Shown here one piece after another: positions 35,690 through 50,529 of a stretch of 64,000 nt of DNA. The stretch is taken from contig OX597816.1 of assembly GCA_951406725.2 (NCBI GenBank), positions 99,510,001 through 99,574,000 on the forward strand. Reading direction: 5' to 3'. Numbering within the stretch: the first letter of the stretch is position 1; the number at the start of each line of letters is the position of its first letter. The notes beneath the pieces are model-generated. The model was not told the origin of the DNA and did not search any database. It was given only the letters and a program-made list of their open reading frames with translations. The position numbers were made by a program, and so were the translations under genes. Source of the stretch: Octopus vulgaris (Eukaryota).

Positions 35690-36070
35690 TTATATGCATG
35701 ATCGCAAGGAGAATAGGATGTCTCTCCTGGTCAAGCTGCTACATCAGTACATTGAGAGGCCACAGCTTCAGTACAACAGATATCTATTTAGAATGTCATT
35801 GGAAAGAACCACAATACAGATTCTTCAAGCTGAGCCAGCTAGCAGGAGACTTAGGAGTAGACCAAGAATGAGATGGTTGAATAAAATCCATAATCTCAGT
35901 TGATCATCCTTGTGAATTCATTCAGAAAATCTCACTTGGTCACATTTGTGAATCCATCCAAAAAGTCTAAAGATGGTTGTTTTCGATAGGACCCTTTGAA
36001 CGAAGTGTCTGAGGGCTCAGCTCCTATGATCCTCCTAGGAACAGCGGCTGGAGAAGATACATGGATGGAT
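35690..36070 (+). mobile_element. Old RTE (Expander/Rex3-like) 3' remnant
   Basis: IERPQLQY...RMSLER...RRLRSRPRMRW followed by an (atgg)n tail. Confidence 0.6.
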
Positions 36071-39000
36071 AGATAGAGAACCATAACAGTCATGCTCTAG
36101 TCCCTAATACTCAGACATCATCATGAAGGTAGATCTAGTAGCCTTTTAGAACAAAGTTATCTGCTAAAAATAGCAGCTAAATCTCAAATTATAGCCTAAT
36201 ATCTGACAAAAGAAAAGACATTGGATAATGCAGTCATAGATAACTTATGTCTGAAACATCATTTATCATAATTTTACTAGCTGCTGATGACCAGCTGTTA
36301 AACAATGCCACCATCAACAACTTGACAGAAAACCCACACAGAATAATGGCTTTTGTTGACTAGTCTAAATGTTCATATGCAAAAGGAAAAGGAGAAAATG
36401 TAGTTGCATCATTTCTCAAGAGTATAAACATGTACAGATGAAGTGAAATGGCTTCTACAAAGAACTAAAAGCCCATTTTGAATTGAACATGCTGGCAGGT
36501 TACCACTTGTTCTGTAAAATACTGGTTTTATTTCATTAGGAACAAAGTTTCTGCATTTTAACAAAAGTTAAAAGTAGAAATTAGTTCTGCTCACACTACA
36601 ATAGTTTTTTGTTTTTTTTCCCTTTTACTCCACTAACTCAGCAATTTATACATTTCCTCTGTGTAGGAGTGTTGTTATAGAAGTTACAAGTATGCCATTT
36701 CTGAATAGACTTAAGAGTGCAGAAAAAATAACCAACACAGAGTGTGTATCAGAGTTGATAAAATTGTGTTGGAGATGACTATTACAGGAACTTTGAGAAG
36801 CAGCAGGCAATTTAAGCAAGCATTTTGGTGGAAGAGTTGATAACTTCCTTGGCTTAATATCACCAGCCTACTAACAGGTACACTTTGGCAGAATCTACTC
36901 AAGTACAAGCAATTGGGCCATATTTCCACTCAGAGGATTATTTACTCCCACTAGTTTCAGAGGCACTAAGAAGGGGCATGGACACTAACCTTTTTTTTTT
37001 TTTCTAAGCAGAAAAAAAAAAGAATAAATATAATAAATAAGAAAGAACTTAACTCAAGCATGATTAGTGGTTTTACTGTCATGAGCAGTAACATCACTTT
37101 CACCTGGGTTATCAAGAGCAATAACTAGTGATGCGTGACAGAAGATCAAGAACTAAATAGATTTAGAAATTATATCTGCAACCCCTGGATAAAGAAACTC
37201 TAATTGGAAATGGGATTGTTTATTTACTTCTACTTTTCTCCATTCAGTGATGTTGGAAATCAGTGTTTTACATCAATGATTGGCAGGATTGGAGAGGTTG
37301 CCTTTGTGGGGAATGAGACATGGTATAATGTATTTCCAAAGCCCAAGATATATCTTGCTTGAAAGTGAAGCATTGAAGAATTTGGTAAGAACATAAATTA
37401 ACTCTAGAATGAATAAATGAGGCTAATATATTTGAACATCACAGGGAATGGTCTTTATGTTGAATATGAGTAACTGGAGAAGTTTTCCATTTCATAACTA
37501 TGTTCACAAGGGGAGGAGATGTACAATATAGGATATTTTGTGATTGTTGTTATTGTTGATGTGTGTGTGTATGTGTATTTGTGTGTGTTGTGTATATGCT
37601 TCTGTATGTGTGTGTGTATGTATGTGTGTTTGTGTATATGTTGTGTATATACCTGTGTGTGTGTGTGTGTTTGTATGAGTGTTTATATGTGTGTATGTGT
37701 ATATGCCTCTGTGTGTGTGTGTGCAGTGGTTTTGCAGAAAAATAGGCTGTCAGTATGGCGATTTTATTCACAGAAATGCTACTTACAGGATTATTTCTGT
37801 GTAGGAGTGGTAAATAGGAGAACTGTGTAAAGTTAGTGAGTAGACCAGAAAGGTCAGTGGCAATGCTGGAAGAGAGCTTGCAATGCAAAAGAAAAAAAAA
37901 ACTGAAAAAAAAACATCATTTACTTTCTTGATAGACATTTTGCAAGTGCTGCAGTGGTGTGTAAAAACAACCTCCCATTTGGAGATGGTGGGTGACTTAT
38001 CTTAATATAACAAAGTGAGAATATCATAAAATACAAACTTGCAGTGGTATTAAATCGGATGTAACATATGTGAAGTAGAAATGGAAACTACTATCAACCA
38101 AGTAGTCTGAAGAAAGAATTATCTGCTTTGCTCCAATGGTACAATAAAGAAACTGAATCAATAATGTTTGAAGATATGACCATGTATCCACTAATCCAGC
38201 CTCTTAGCCATTATATGTCTTACATAAACCATGAGATTTAAAAAGAAATATGGAAGTGATAAATAAAATTGGCAATAAAACCTATTGAATGTGAAAGAAA
38301 ATTTCAGTAAGGAGAGATATTGAAGAGCAAACAAAAGGTAAATTAAAAAGAAAATGAGAAATAAAATGATAATTGTGAAAAAAGATAATATTCACCATGA
38401 GAATATATTTTGGAATAGCAGGGTTCAAGAAAAAAGTAAAAGTAATATAAAAGGTTAATTATAAGATAGTATACAATCAATACTAGGTAGATAAACTAAA
38501 GGAATTGACTTTAAAAAAAAAAAAGATTGAGCTTAAAAGCTTTGCTTGAATGGAATAAGAGAGATATATTTATCCCTTTACTATCTACTTATATCTACTT
38601 ATATCTACCTATATACCTAGCTATGTATATGTGTGTGTGTGTATGACTGTGAGTATGTGTATTGGTGTATATATGTTTATGTGAGGTGGGTGTATAGGTG
38701 TATATGTGAGTATGTGAGTGGGAGGTATGTATGTGTTTGTGTGTGTAAATGGTGCCTGTGCGAGAACTACAATGCTGGAATAATGAGAGAACCACATTTC
38801 ACTACTTGCATTTTAGTTCTCATACAAGTAATACACACTCACATAAAGCTTGTGTGTATGTGTGTGTGTACGTTTGTGCATGTGAAAGGCTTCTAACAAA
38901 TCTACTCATAAGGCTTTGGTTGGCTTGGGACTATACCAGAAGACATTTGCCCTAGGTGCAGTGTTATGCAATGGGCAAAATCTATGCACCTGAGAAGTGA

Positions 39001-41080
39001 ACTTCTTAACCTCACAGCCATGCTTGCACCTATATACATATGTGTGTGTGTGTAAACACACATATATATACAAACACACACACACATGTGCACACATGTA
39101 TATGTGTGTACAAAACAAAGATATATCTACATATATAAATGAACACTCATAAATGTATACATACATATTCATATATATGCAGTTATATATGTGCATAAAT
39201 CTGTGTGTAACTGGTGTGTTATGTACATGTGCATGCACATACATGCATATTTGTGTGTGTGTATGCAGAGAAGAGAAAGCTTTTATAAAAATCTCTTCTG
39301 TTAAATGGTTTAAAATAAATAGAAAAGGAAAAAAAGGGACACATACACACACTTATGTATATGTGTATATAATACATAACATACATACATCCACATATAC
39401 ATACATATATTTAGAGAGAGAAGGAGGGAGAGGGAGAGAGAGGGAGAGAGAGGGAGAACAAGATAGAAGCCAGAGGGAGGTGGTGATGAATTGGACAGTT
39501 TTGACAAAAATTGGAGAATGGGCACCTAAAGCTAAAAGAAATGGGGAGAGAACAGAGAAGGCAATAACAGATTTGATTCATTGATATATTTTGAGTGAGT
39601 GGAGAAATTTAAAAAATGGTGGAAGAAAAAAAAAATGAAAATATAACAGAAACACCGAATGAACAGAAAGTTTTAATACTATATGTATCACTCTACAAAA
39701 AATAAATTGTCTTTAAGTATCTTGAATCTTTATAATCAGATTTTATTTTATGTTTTTGCTTTTTCATATATATGAGTTATTTAGATTTTTTTTTTGTTTT
39801 TTTTTGAGGTGGGTGTTGTTGGACAGCAGAAATCTATGTCTCGAAGGAACTAGTATTAATGACCTAATAACATATTTTTAACTAAACTTGATTATACGAC
39901 TAACAGACCTTTCAAGGAAAGCAGACTTACAGGAATCAAATCATAGCTTTTCAAACATAATTACCATTTTTTCATACAATCATTTGCAAAATAATTTCAC
40001 TGATATTCTTGTATTTTCTACATTCATTTGATCGTTTTAACTTAGTTTGTTCTGAAATTCTCTATGGAGACTTTCAGTTTCCTTGTTGTAAACATCAATA
40101 TTATTTGAATGTATGCTAGTATATCTAAGGCATCTGATGGAACATAGTAAATAATGATTAATATGTGTAGAGTAACAAGGCAATTCAAAACTTGTGACAG
40201 AACTATTTACTCTTATGATTATCGCTTAGTTTTGCATATTAACAATAAATACTTTTTAAACAAGGCAATTATTTTTCTTTGCCCTTTTCTTTATACTGAG
40301 AAAAGTATTAAAAGTTTAGAATTATATGAGCAAAATATAATAACTTGAATTCTTTGGACTATTAACTCTGTCTTTTCTGTGTTTGTCTGCAACATTGGTA
40401 TGTTTCAATCAATTAAGTCTTTAATCATCATCAGGAGCAACACATGCATGTCCCTTGTGTGGGTTTGAACATCAAAACCATTACTTTCTGTTGTAGGATT
40501 CCTATACACCAATCAGATGGGACTAAAGTCAAACAAATATATAGAAGTTGAGGTTGACTGTTCAAAGAAAAGTCAGTTGTTATTGTAATAACGCCAGTAA
40601 ATATTTCATAAATAGAATAGCTATTTATATGGGAAATCTTGGATACAATTTTTCCAAAAACATAAAAATGTTGAATATATATTGTTTTATCATCTTAATG
40701 CCCCAACATGGGCAAAGACAAATGTCTTAATACAGGTAAAAGAGAGACAATGCTTGGAATTTTCATGGGATATGGAAAGGGAAATTGACACTTTCAAGAT
40801 CATTGCCAATGTAAGTGAAGTAATTTTGACTAAAAATCTGAAAAATACATGTGGCTCAGTAACCAATCACATAGTGTTCTGATATGATCTACTTAAAGGC
40901 AAAAGGGAAGTAGAAGTTGTGATGCTTATAACTTTTACAAATCTAATAATAATGTAGTCAAAGTGATGAGATTGTGAAAAAGACTGAAATTTAACAGCAG
41001 ATTTTTACTGGCTCAGATATCATACCTATGTTAGAAATCATTGCACTTTATTTTATTTCTATCATTTTCTCTTTTATTAT

Positions 41081-41295
41081 GGTGAGCTGGCAGAATCATT
41101 AGCACACCAAGCAAAATGTTTAGTGGCATTTCGTCCATCCTCATGTTCTGAGTTCAAATTCTGATGGGGGCAACTTTGCCTTTCATCCTTTCAGGATCAA
41201 TGAAGTAAGTACCAGTTGAGTACTGGGGTCAATGCAATTGACAAATCCCCTCCCCCAAAATTTCAGGCCTTTTCCTATAGTAGAAAGGATTATTT
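41081..41295 (+). mobile_element. tRNA-derived SINE with Nin/Deu-like domain
   Basis: ggtgagctggcagaatc, gagttcaaattc, and gcctttcatcctttcaggatcaatgaagtaagtaccagt. Confidence 0.75.
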
Positions 41296-41865
41296 TATCC
41301 CAATACTGTCTACCTATATGACCATTGCAAGAATACTCCATCTACAGAGTCTATGACTACTTCTCATCAATTAGATTGGAAAATTCCTGTTAAACTGCAA
41401 CCCAACAATATGTGATAATAGATCACTGTTCACTCTGGTGAACACCAAGGTTTGAAAATATAACTCCTGGTGTACACCAAGGTTCATAATTGTGACCTAT
41501 ATTCTTATTTTTGAATATTAATGATTCTTCTTACTGTCATTTCTAACAACAGATATATGCAGATGATTAGTATGTTTCACTACTCAACAATTTTCCACAT
41601 GCACACAAAACACTTTGCATCAGACATGTACTGAATCTATAAGCAGACATTTTGGCAGCATTTTATCAAGTAATGCTAGGCCTGTGTATTAATTTAGCAA
41701 CAACAATGTCCTGCCCTCGAGGCTAGAAGAGAATCTTATAATTTACAATGCTGATGATCAACCTTGGTTTATAGAATCTGAATTTAACTATTTCAATTTG
41801 AATTTGAAATATAAAATCTCCTCTAGAAAGAGGACTATAAATACGCAATTATGGACAGACATATA

Positions 41866-41914
<49 letters not shown>

Positions 41915-42069
41915 CATACATATGTACATACACACTTATACATGTACATACATATATATGGGTGCGTATATATATGCCAATATGCATATATATTATATAT
42001 ATGTATGTATGTATGTTTGTACATATGTATATATATATATATATAGACAGACAGAGAGAGAGAGAGAGA

Positions 42070-42260
42070 TCTTTTATCTTTACTTGTTTCAGTCATGAGA
42101 CTCTAGCTACATGGAGGCACCACCATGACGAATATTTAGTAAAAGGAAACTACCCCACTACTTTTTTTTTTTCAAGCTTAATACTTATTCTATCAATCTA
42201 TTTTGCTGAACCACAGGTTGTCAAGTAGTGGGGGTGACAGGACAAATGCAGACACAAAAC
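42070..42260 (-). mobile_element. CORE-like SINE 3' half
   Basis: ttttatctttacttgtttcagtcat...; homologous to 19290-19490. Confidence 0.65.
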
Positions 42261-42303
42261 ACACATATATATATAGATGTAATTTTGTATATATATGCAT
42301 GTA

Positions 42304-42344
<41 letters not shown>

Positions 42345-42351
42345 TATATAT

Positions 42352-42672
42352 GGAGGCACAATGGCCCAGTGGTTAGGGCAACAGACTCAAAGTCGGAGGA
42401 TCGCGGTTTTGATTCCCAGACCGGGCGTTGTGTGTGTTTATTAGGTGACACCTAAAGATAGGTGACACCTAAAGCTCCACGAGGCTCCAGCAGGGGGTAG
42501 TGGTGACCCCTGTTGTACTCTTTCGCCCCAACTTTCTCTTACTCTGTCTTTCTGTTTCTTGAGTAACGCTGTGATGGACTAGTATCCTGTCCAGCTGGGG
42601 GGAACACATATGCCATAGAAACTGGGAAAGTGGGGTCATGAGCCTGGCTAGGCTTGAAAAGGGTGCATAAAA
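42352..42672 (+). mobile_element. Third tRNA-derived SINE family
   Basis: A box tggcccagtggtt, B box ggttttgattccc, 3' gctgtgatggactagtatcctgtccag motif and A-rich tail. Inserted after a (TA)n tract. Confidence 0.7.
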
Positions 42673-43294
42673 AATAATATATATATATATCAAATGCCAA
42701 AGAATGAAATTAACAAATAATTTGGATTTATCTTGTACAATCGGTTCATCATTATTGAATCTAACCAATCTTGCATCATGGTGTAACCATGTCAGCAATT
42801 ACTGATTAATTTCCGTGTATTGTGGAGGATTTCTTTTAAAGCCCTTGGTGGAAATGATTCCTCTGAACTTTGTGAAAAATAATAAGCAGAATTGATTCTG
42901 CTACTTCCCAAATAAATACATTCCTATAATTCTGAATTACGCAGGTCTATGTAAACAAAGGAGTACAGGGATTCAAACAGATAGATGAGGTGTTGATACA
43001 ATTTGAAAATATAATTAGTTCCATTCCATGTTGACAATTTTGCATGTTGTTATAAAACAATATTCTGCCCTATTACCTACCATAAATATAGATGTCCTGA
43101 CCATTACAAGCTAGAATCAGACTGCCAACAAATTTTCATTGAATCCAATGACATAGAAAATTCATTCAATAAACCAATTATCCCCATCCATTTACACACA
43201 CGTACAGTTTTTATACACACTTACAGAAAAAGTAAATTGTGATTGCCACACAAACAAACCAACATCCACACACATATAATATATAATTATACAT

Positions 43295-44165
43295 GCAGGT
43301 GTCTCTATGTGATAAAAAGCTTACTTCCCAACCATGGGGTTCTAGGTTCAGTCACATTTAAAAAAGTGTCTTCTACTATAGCCCCAGGCCAACCAAAGCC
43401 TTACAAGTGGATTTGATTGAGGAAAAGGGAAAGAAGCCTGTCGTATTCTCTTTCTCTTTTTTTTCTCTTTTACTTGTTTCAGTCATTTGACTGCGGCCAT
43501 GCTGGAGCACTGCCTTTAATTGAGCAACTTGACCCCGGGACTTATTCTTTTGTAAGCCCAGTACTTATTCTATCGGTCTCTTTTGCCGAACCGCTAAGTG
43601 ACGGGGACGTAAACACACCAGCATCGGTTGTCAAGCAATGCTAGGGGGACAAACACAGACACACAAACACACACACACATATATATATATATATGTACAT
43701 ATATACGACAGGCTTCTTTCAGTTTCCGTCTACCAAATCCACTCACAAGGCATTGGTCGGCCCGGGGCTATAGCAGAAGACACTTGCCCAAGATGCCACG
43801 CAGTGGGTCTGAACCCGGAACCATGTGGTTGGTTAGCAAGCTACTTACCACACAGCCACTCCTGCGCCTATATATACATACATACATACAAACATACATA
43901 CATACATACATACATACATATGCATATCTCCATGTGTATGTGTGTGTGTTCTTGTGTGAGTGTTTATCCTCCACCACTACTGGACAGTTGGTGGTGTTGG
44001 TATGATTATGTCCCTGTGACTTTGCAGTTCTGCAAAAGCAATGGGTAAAATTAGTACCGAGCTTAAAAAACAATAAGTTACTGAAGTCAATTTGTTTGGC
44101 CAAACCCTTCAAGGCAACACTTCAATATGACTGTAGTAGAACTCAAGCAAGTAAAAGGTAAAAGA
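43295..44165 (+). mobile_element. Older CORE-like SINE split by an antisense copy of the same family
   Basis: 5' half at 43295-43445; 3' half at about 43930-44165. Confidence 0.7.
43460..43868 (-). mobile_element. Young full-length CORE-like SINE
   Basis: Highly similar to the reverse complement of 19079-19492, with CpGs retained. Confidence 0.88.
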
Positions 44166-44229
44166 TGTATATATGTGTGTATGTGTGTGTGTGTGGTTAA
44201 GAAGTCCACGTCCCAACCAATTGATGAGC

Positions 44230-44760
44230 CAGTGTCATATAAGTGGATAACTTATTTTCGGTACTATAGTTTTTGTATTAGTTTACAGCTTGCTGTTCTG
44301 CTTTATAAGGGTTTTGATAATGTGCCCATCTCTTCCATATTTACCATGCATTTGATTCGTGTAATACAATTTCTTCATGATTTGTGTATTTTCAATAGTT
44401 GTAATGTCTTATGCATTTATTGCGTTGTAGCTGTGCCTATATTGTTCAATGGCTTCTTTTATTAGCTTGCTAGAATACCTATTGTTGATTAATGTTTGCT
44501 TTATGGTGTGGATTTCATTATCTTGTGTTTTGCTTTTAGCAGAAAATCTAAATGCTCCTCTAACAAGGGACTTCACCACTGACATTTTATATGTATATGA
44601 ACATTTACTGTCTCTATGTAAGCATATGAATTTACTCAAGTCTTTGGTGTAAACAAACATAATGCATTTGTTATTTGCTATCTGAATGTTTATGTCTAGA
44701 AATTGAGTCATTATGTTGCTGCAAATTTTATCTGCATTTTTCTTGTGTTGTATTTCGGTG
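44230..44760 (-). mobile_element. Decayed Penelope-like RT C-terminal fragment
   Basis: ORF 44409..44711 reads QFLDINI...VYTK...KMSVVKSLVRGA...EIHTIKQTLINNRY. Confidence 0.7.
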
Positions 44761-44967
44761 CAGAGTTGTTTTCAAGGTCTCCCTTTAATTTCTTGATAAT
44801 TGTACTACACTACATGACACAAAACAAAACTAAATAATAAAATATTGAATGACAGTACATCTATATTACATGGAATTCTCCCCAAAAATAAATGATTAAT
44901 AATAGAAACAATATTCATAACAATACACACTGATTAACTAAAAGCAAATAAATTCACAAATAATATT

Positions 44968-46206
44968 TTGGGTCATCCCATAAATAATACATGTTTTTCA
45001 ATTGCATGAATTTAAAGTTGGAGGTGGACAGTATAAACTACCTGCATCAACTTGCTAGAAAAGCAGGCAGTAATGTTTACCTTATACTTATTCTTAGTGC
45101 AAGTTTTGAAGAGTGCAGTTCAATTTTAACAGTTATTTTTTTCAAAGCTATAATGGAAGTAACAAAGGAACATATTCAGCATATTTTGCTTTATGAGTTC
45201 AATAAAGGCAACAATGCAATGGAAAGTGCAAAGAATATTAATGCAGTATTTAGGGACAATAAGCTTAAGCCAGTGTCAAAGGTGGTTCCAGAAATTTTGA
45301 GCCAGAAACTACAGCCTAGAAGATCTCAATGGGGGTGTCCTACAAACCCAGGTGGAACAAAATTCCATCGTAACTGTTGAGGAACTAGCAGAGAAGCTTG
45401 GATTTGATTATTCAACCATTCATCGACACCTGCATGACATCAGAAAAGTCAGCAAATTGGGTCAGTGAGTTCCTCACAAACTTTCTGAGTCTAATCGCAC
45501 ATAGAGAGTGAATGTGTGCTCTTTCTTGCTGTCACGTCTCACGAACAAACCTTTTCTGGACTAAGTAGTGACTGGTGGTGAGAAATGAGTTCTCTATAAA
45601 AATGTCAAGCACCAAAGACAGTGGGTAGGGAAAGGAGAAATACCAGCATCCCAGACTAAAGAAGGTTTTCCCACACACCTACAATATGTTGTTAACTATT
45701 TGGCGGATATGAAAGGTTTAGTCCACTTTGAATTTTTAAACCCAAACCAAACAATAACAAAGGAGATCTACCGTGGACAGCTTGAGTAGCTTAAATCAGT
45801 GCTAGAAGAAAAATTATCATCTTTGTTTTCAAGACGAACAGTGTTCTTCCATCAGGATAATGCTTGACCATGTACAGAGTGAAACAGTTTGAATGGCAAA
45901 TGATGCCCCATCCACCATATTCGCCAGACATTGCCTCATCTCATTATCATTTATGCTGCAGTCTTCAAAATAATTTGGACAGAAAATATATGAATTCTGT
46001 AAATGATGTCAGAACAGTACTGGAGGAGTATTTTTCATCATGGACAAGGGAATTTGGGGAGAGGAGCCTAGGTAGTCTACCAGAGAGATGGAAGAGCATT
46101 GTAGAAAATGAAGGAGGGTATATTTTAGATTAAATAGAACTTTGTTTATCTTAATTTTGAAAAATAAAAGAAGTATAAAAACTACATTATTTATGGGATG
46201 ACTCAA
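44968..46206 (+). mobile_element. Full-length decayed mariner (DD34D) transposon; transposase pseudogene about 45153-46133
   Basis: TIRs ttgggtcatcccataaataat and attatttatgggatgactcaa. Motifs MEVTKEHIQHILLYEF, VTGGEK, HQDNA and HPPYSPDIA. Multiple stops. Confidence 0.9.
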
Positions 46207-46448
46207 TACATCAGTCCCAACAAAAATTCATGTTCTAGTATCTTGTCAAATTACTTAGGCTCTGCGAAAAAAAAAAGCATATAGGTACATCAGTTCATGT
46301 AGAAAATAAACCAATGAAGGTCTTGAATGTTTAATGATAGGTTTATAAATTTTGCTGTTCTAAAATCAAACAACAATGAAACGTATGAAACTATGAAAAT
46401 AGAAAGTAAGCATTGATAGGATTATTAAAACTAGAACAGAGTTTATTG

Positions 46449-46519
<71 letters not shown>

Positions 46520-49500
46520 CACAATTTCTAAGGGAGACTATTCCTGACTATTAAAAGGATCATACTTTTGACAGTGACTCTTAGTTTGCTCAGCTCCCTC
46601 ATGCCTTCTGGCAAATCTGTGTGAAAGCTCTATGAATACCAGTATGTGCAAGTATATTTCAATGAACAGCATGTTTGCCTGTAAATGTGAATGAGGGAGA
46701 GAGAAAGGGAGAGAGAGAGTGTGTGTGTGTGTGTTGGATTCTAAAAGTTGTAATGATATATGTTGTTCCATAACCATCTGACTATTATCAATACTCTCAC
46801 TAATGGAAATTTAATGTTTCAAATTTAGATTTAAATGATTTTACTCTGATTGAATAAACCATTATGGATCACTATCATAAACTGCAATGTTCTCGGTGGC
46901 TCAGGAGAACTGGTGATGTAAGTAGACTGTGCTGTGTCATAGTGTAGACTACTTAAGTCACATGGGTGGATTTGACTTGAGAGTGAGCATATAAATGAAC
47001 TGACTGTACTGCAGTTAATAATATATCAAATGGTACTAGGAACAAGTCATACTAAGTGATTATAATTGGATTGGTCAAATTAGTAGAAAGATCTAAGAAA
47101 TGATTATCTAGGTGGGGCTGTATAGAGAGGTATCATGTAAGTGGAATGCAATAAGTGTGACCCTATAAGTGGACAGTACACATTTACTTTAATAGTAGTG
47201 ATCATGCAGAATGCTATTCTTTTAGGTGGATTACAGTGAGAGTTGGCATGCAGGTAGATTTTTACCAAAACTATTCACTGGGAGTGGGCATAAATGTGGA
47301 TTTTATGAAGAGTGGTCATTTAAGGGTGTGATCTTATGGGTGGACTGTACTGGAAAAGATTATATATGTAACTTGTACAAGATGAGGTCATGTACGTGGA
47401 CTATAACTGGATTGGTCATGTTGACACTCTGTATTGGGGTTGTTTTAGTAATTAAAAATGTTGGTTTAGTTTCAGTTTTCAGTCACAACTCCAACTCTTT
47501 ACTCGTTAGACTAAATAAAGTTATGAATAATACATTATTATTATCAGTTTTCTCAACCCATGAGCGCGCACACACACACACACACATGATGCTGACGATG
47601 GTAACAACTATGAGGAAAATCAAGAAGATCATAGTAATAATGCCAAAACTGCCACTGCAGCCAACAATGAGAATACAAGAATGGAACCAGTTCTGATATG
47701 ATGATAGTGGTGGTGGTCTTGATGATGATAATTATGATGATGATGATCTTGATGATGATAATGTTGATGGTGTTGAGGATGAAGATGAGGAAGTGGAGGT
47801 GGAGTGCCACAGTGATTTTGACAAAGGCCACTAGTGATATCATTTGTGGGTCTAAACAGTAATTTTGCCTGCATTATTTTTAAGGTTTTCTAGTGTCTGG
47901 ATATTTGAAATCTGTTACTGTAACACTTTCTCTCTTCTCTCTTCTTCACTCTCATTCCAACATGTAAAATAGCACAGAAACTGAAAGGAAAATCAACATC
48001 AGTCACATGACCTCACTTGTCTGCATGAGCCTGGAAAATTTAAATGAAAAATAAAACTTAAAGAAATGAGCCAAGGAATGGTTCTGTGTTTGAGGTTGCT
48101 TGACCTGTAAGAAATAACAGCTAATCTCTCTCAAATCATTTAACTCTCTTAAAAGGGAGACAACACACCGAGTAATGTGGTTCTGGCTGTAAACTGGTTC
48201 AAAAAATAAAATAAAATAAAAGATTGGCTGCTCACCAGTTTGAACCTCTTTGATCATAGACCTTCTTTTAAGGTTGACTTGGAATAAACAACAAAGAATT
48301 TAAAATAACAAAATGAATCATTATTTCCATTGTAATGCAACATTCAACACTGAAGAATATTCTCCAAGATATATCCTAGATCAGGGATGGGCAACCTTTT
48401 CTGAGAAGCAGGTTGCATAAGACATGCCTCAGGTGAATCACATTACTGAAACAATTCGAGGTAATTTTTTATTTGGCACATCAATCAGAAAGTCCCACGG
48501 GATGCCCCACAGAATGCAGGCTGCTCAGAACTTTTCTATATGTACTTATATGAGTTAAAAGTTATAAGCAGTGTCACAGTGACAATGTGTGTGCAATTTA
48601 TTGGTGTGTGCATTATTTCTTAAATTATTTTTCTAAATGATTAATCCAGTATTTCACATATTTTAATAATTTCTTTCCTCCTTTTTTTTTCCAGAAACTT
48701 CAACTACAGCATCAAAAACAGCAATAACAACCAAACCCAAATCCCCTCCACTTCTAAAAAGCAGCAAAATAAGCAAAGCTGTAAAAGTTAGAATAATATA
48801 ATAAACATTAAAAAATCTCATTGCAAAACAGTTTTTTGTTTTGCTTTGAAGCATTACTGATACTGTTAAGCTGTTATTGTTCACAGTCACATCTGATATA
48901 TACTCCCTCCAGGTACCTACATCTCCCCTCAACAACTGGGGTTTTCACTGAAAACCCAGTAATTAGAATCCGCAAAAAGAAAACAGAGAAAATACTTCAA
49001 ATAATCAAGAAGATGGTGTCTTAAGCCTTCAGGTAAGTAAACTTCTTGATGGAAGAATAAATTCAATCTACCTTTCAGGATTACACAGAGGAAATTAGCT
49101 TCTTTCAAGGCTAACTTGTCTTCATCATTATATCTATGTGTTGATATTGATGTCTATGTAGATGTTATGCGTGATGCATGTTTGTGGATGAAAAAGGATG
49201 GAGATACAAAAATAACAATGTGCAGGATACTGAGATGGAGTATCTTTATGCACTTTTGTGTGAGAGAGTGCAAGAAACATAAAAATGGTGTTTGTGTGTG
49301 CATGTGAAAGCAAGCGAGCACAAAAGCAAAGGAATGAAAGATAATGTATCTTTAACTGAATGTGTATAGAAGGGAGCAAGGCGAAAAAGAGATTTATGTG
49401 AGTTGAAGATGGAAAGTGCACATGTAAGTGCACATGAAAAACTAAAAATGGAAAAAAGAGAGAGAAGAGAGAAGTGCATATGTGGCAGGGTTTATAGTCA

Positions 49501-50118
49501 GAGAATGTATTAGTCTGCATGTACGTGTATGTCTGCATGTGTTTGTGTAAGTGTCTACATAAGAGAAGAAGGAAGTGTTTGAGCTAGTAAAAAAATAAAA
49601 ACATACAGAGAGAAGAGGAGAAACACAAATAAGATGTATACCTGTGAGTACACAAACGTATTTAGTACATTTTATTGAATTTTATGTTTCTGCTAACATA
49701 TATTTTTCTTTATATATATATACTTTAACGAAGGTATGCGTGTGCATATATACATGTACGTGAGAACAGTGAGAACAAGTGTTCATCACTGCATTCGGTG
49801 GATAAATATATTCTTTATTTATGGATTAGCAATGCTACCAGTGGCTTCATGCAGGAGTTCACAATTTTTCAAGTGTTCCACTTAAAGATGTTAGTAATCT
49901 TCTCCCATGCTGGATGAGACTACATGAGGTTACCTGAGATTATACAAGACTTCCAAATATTTCTTTGCTTAATAGATACACAGATAAGGGAAGGCAAATC
50001 CTTTAGGGACTTCTTTAATTGCTATCTTACATTGGTATTTTTTGTGGTTTTTTCTTCAAGTATTTGCATTCAACCAGATTAATTGCACTATATGAGAACA
50101 TTCATGCACACACACACA

Positions 50119-50167
<49 letters not shown>

Positions 50168-50529
50168 GTGATACATCTGAATTTTTGTGGATGTATTTGT
50201 ATGTGTATTCCACAATTTTGAACATCTATTAGTACTTGTATGTTTCTATATGTGGAGAGAGGGAGTGAGAGAGAGAATGAAAGAAAGAGACAGACAGACA
50301 GATAGATAAACAAAGATAGACCAGTGGAAAAAACATTTGTTCTTAAATTTGTAATTTCACAAGGTTTGACTATCTCAAAAAGCTGTTTGCCTTATGGTTA
50401 ATATCAGATACATCAGTTTTATTTCGAGATTTCTTGCTAATAGAGAAAGAGACAGTCTCTAACTTAGATCCAAGTCTCCTTCATTGGAGTTTCAACATCA
50501 ACAACAGGGTATTTTTGTTTATATGTTGG

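Noticed and set aside
42441-42474. ttaggtgacacctaaag twice, resembling the SP6 promoter (vector contamination)
   Set aside because: Imperfect match; it is a 17-bp local duplication inside a SINE.
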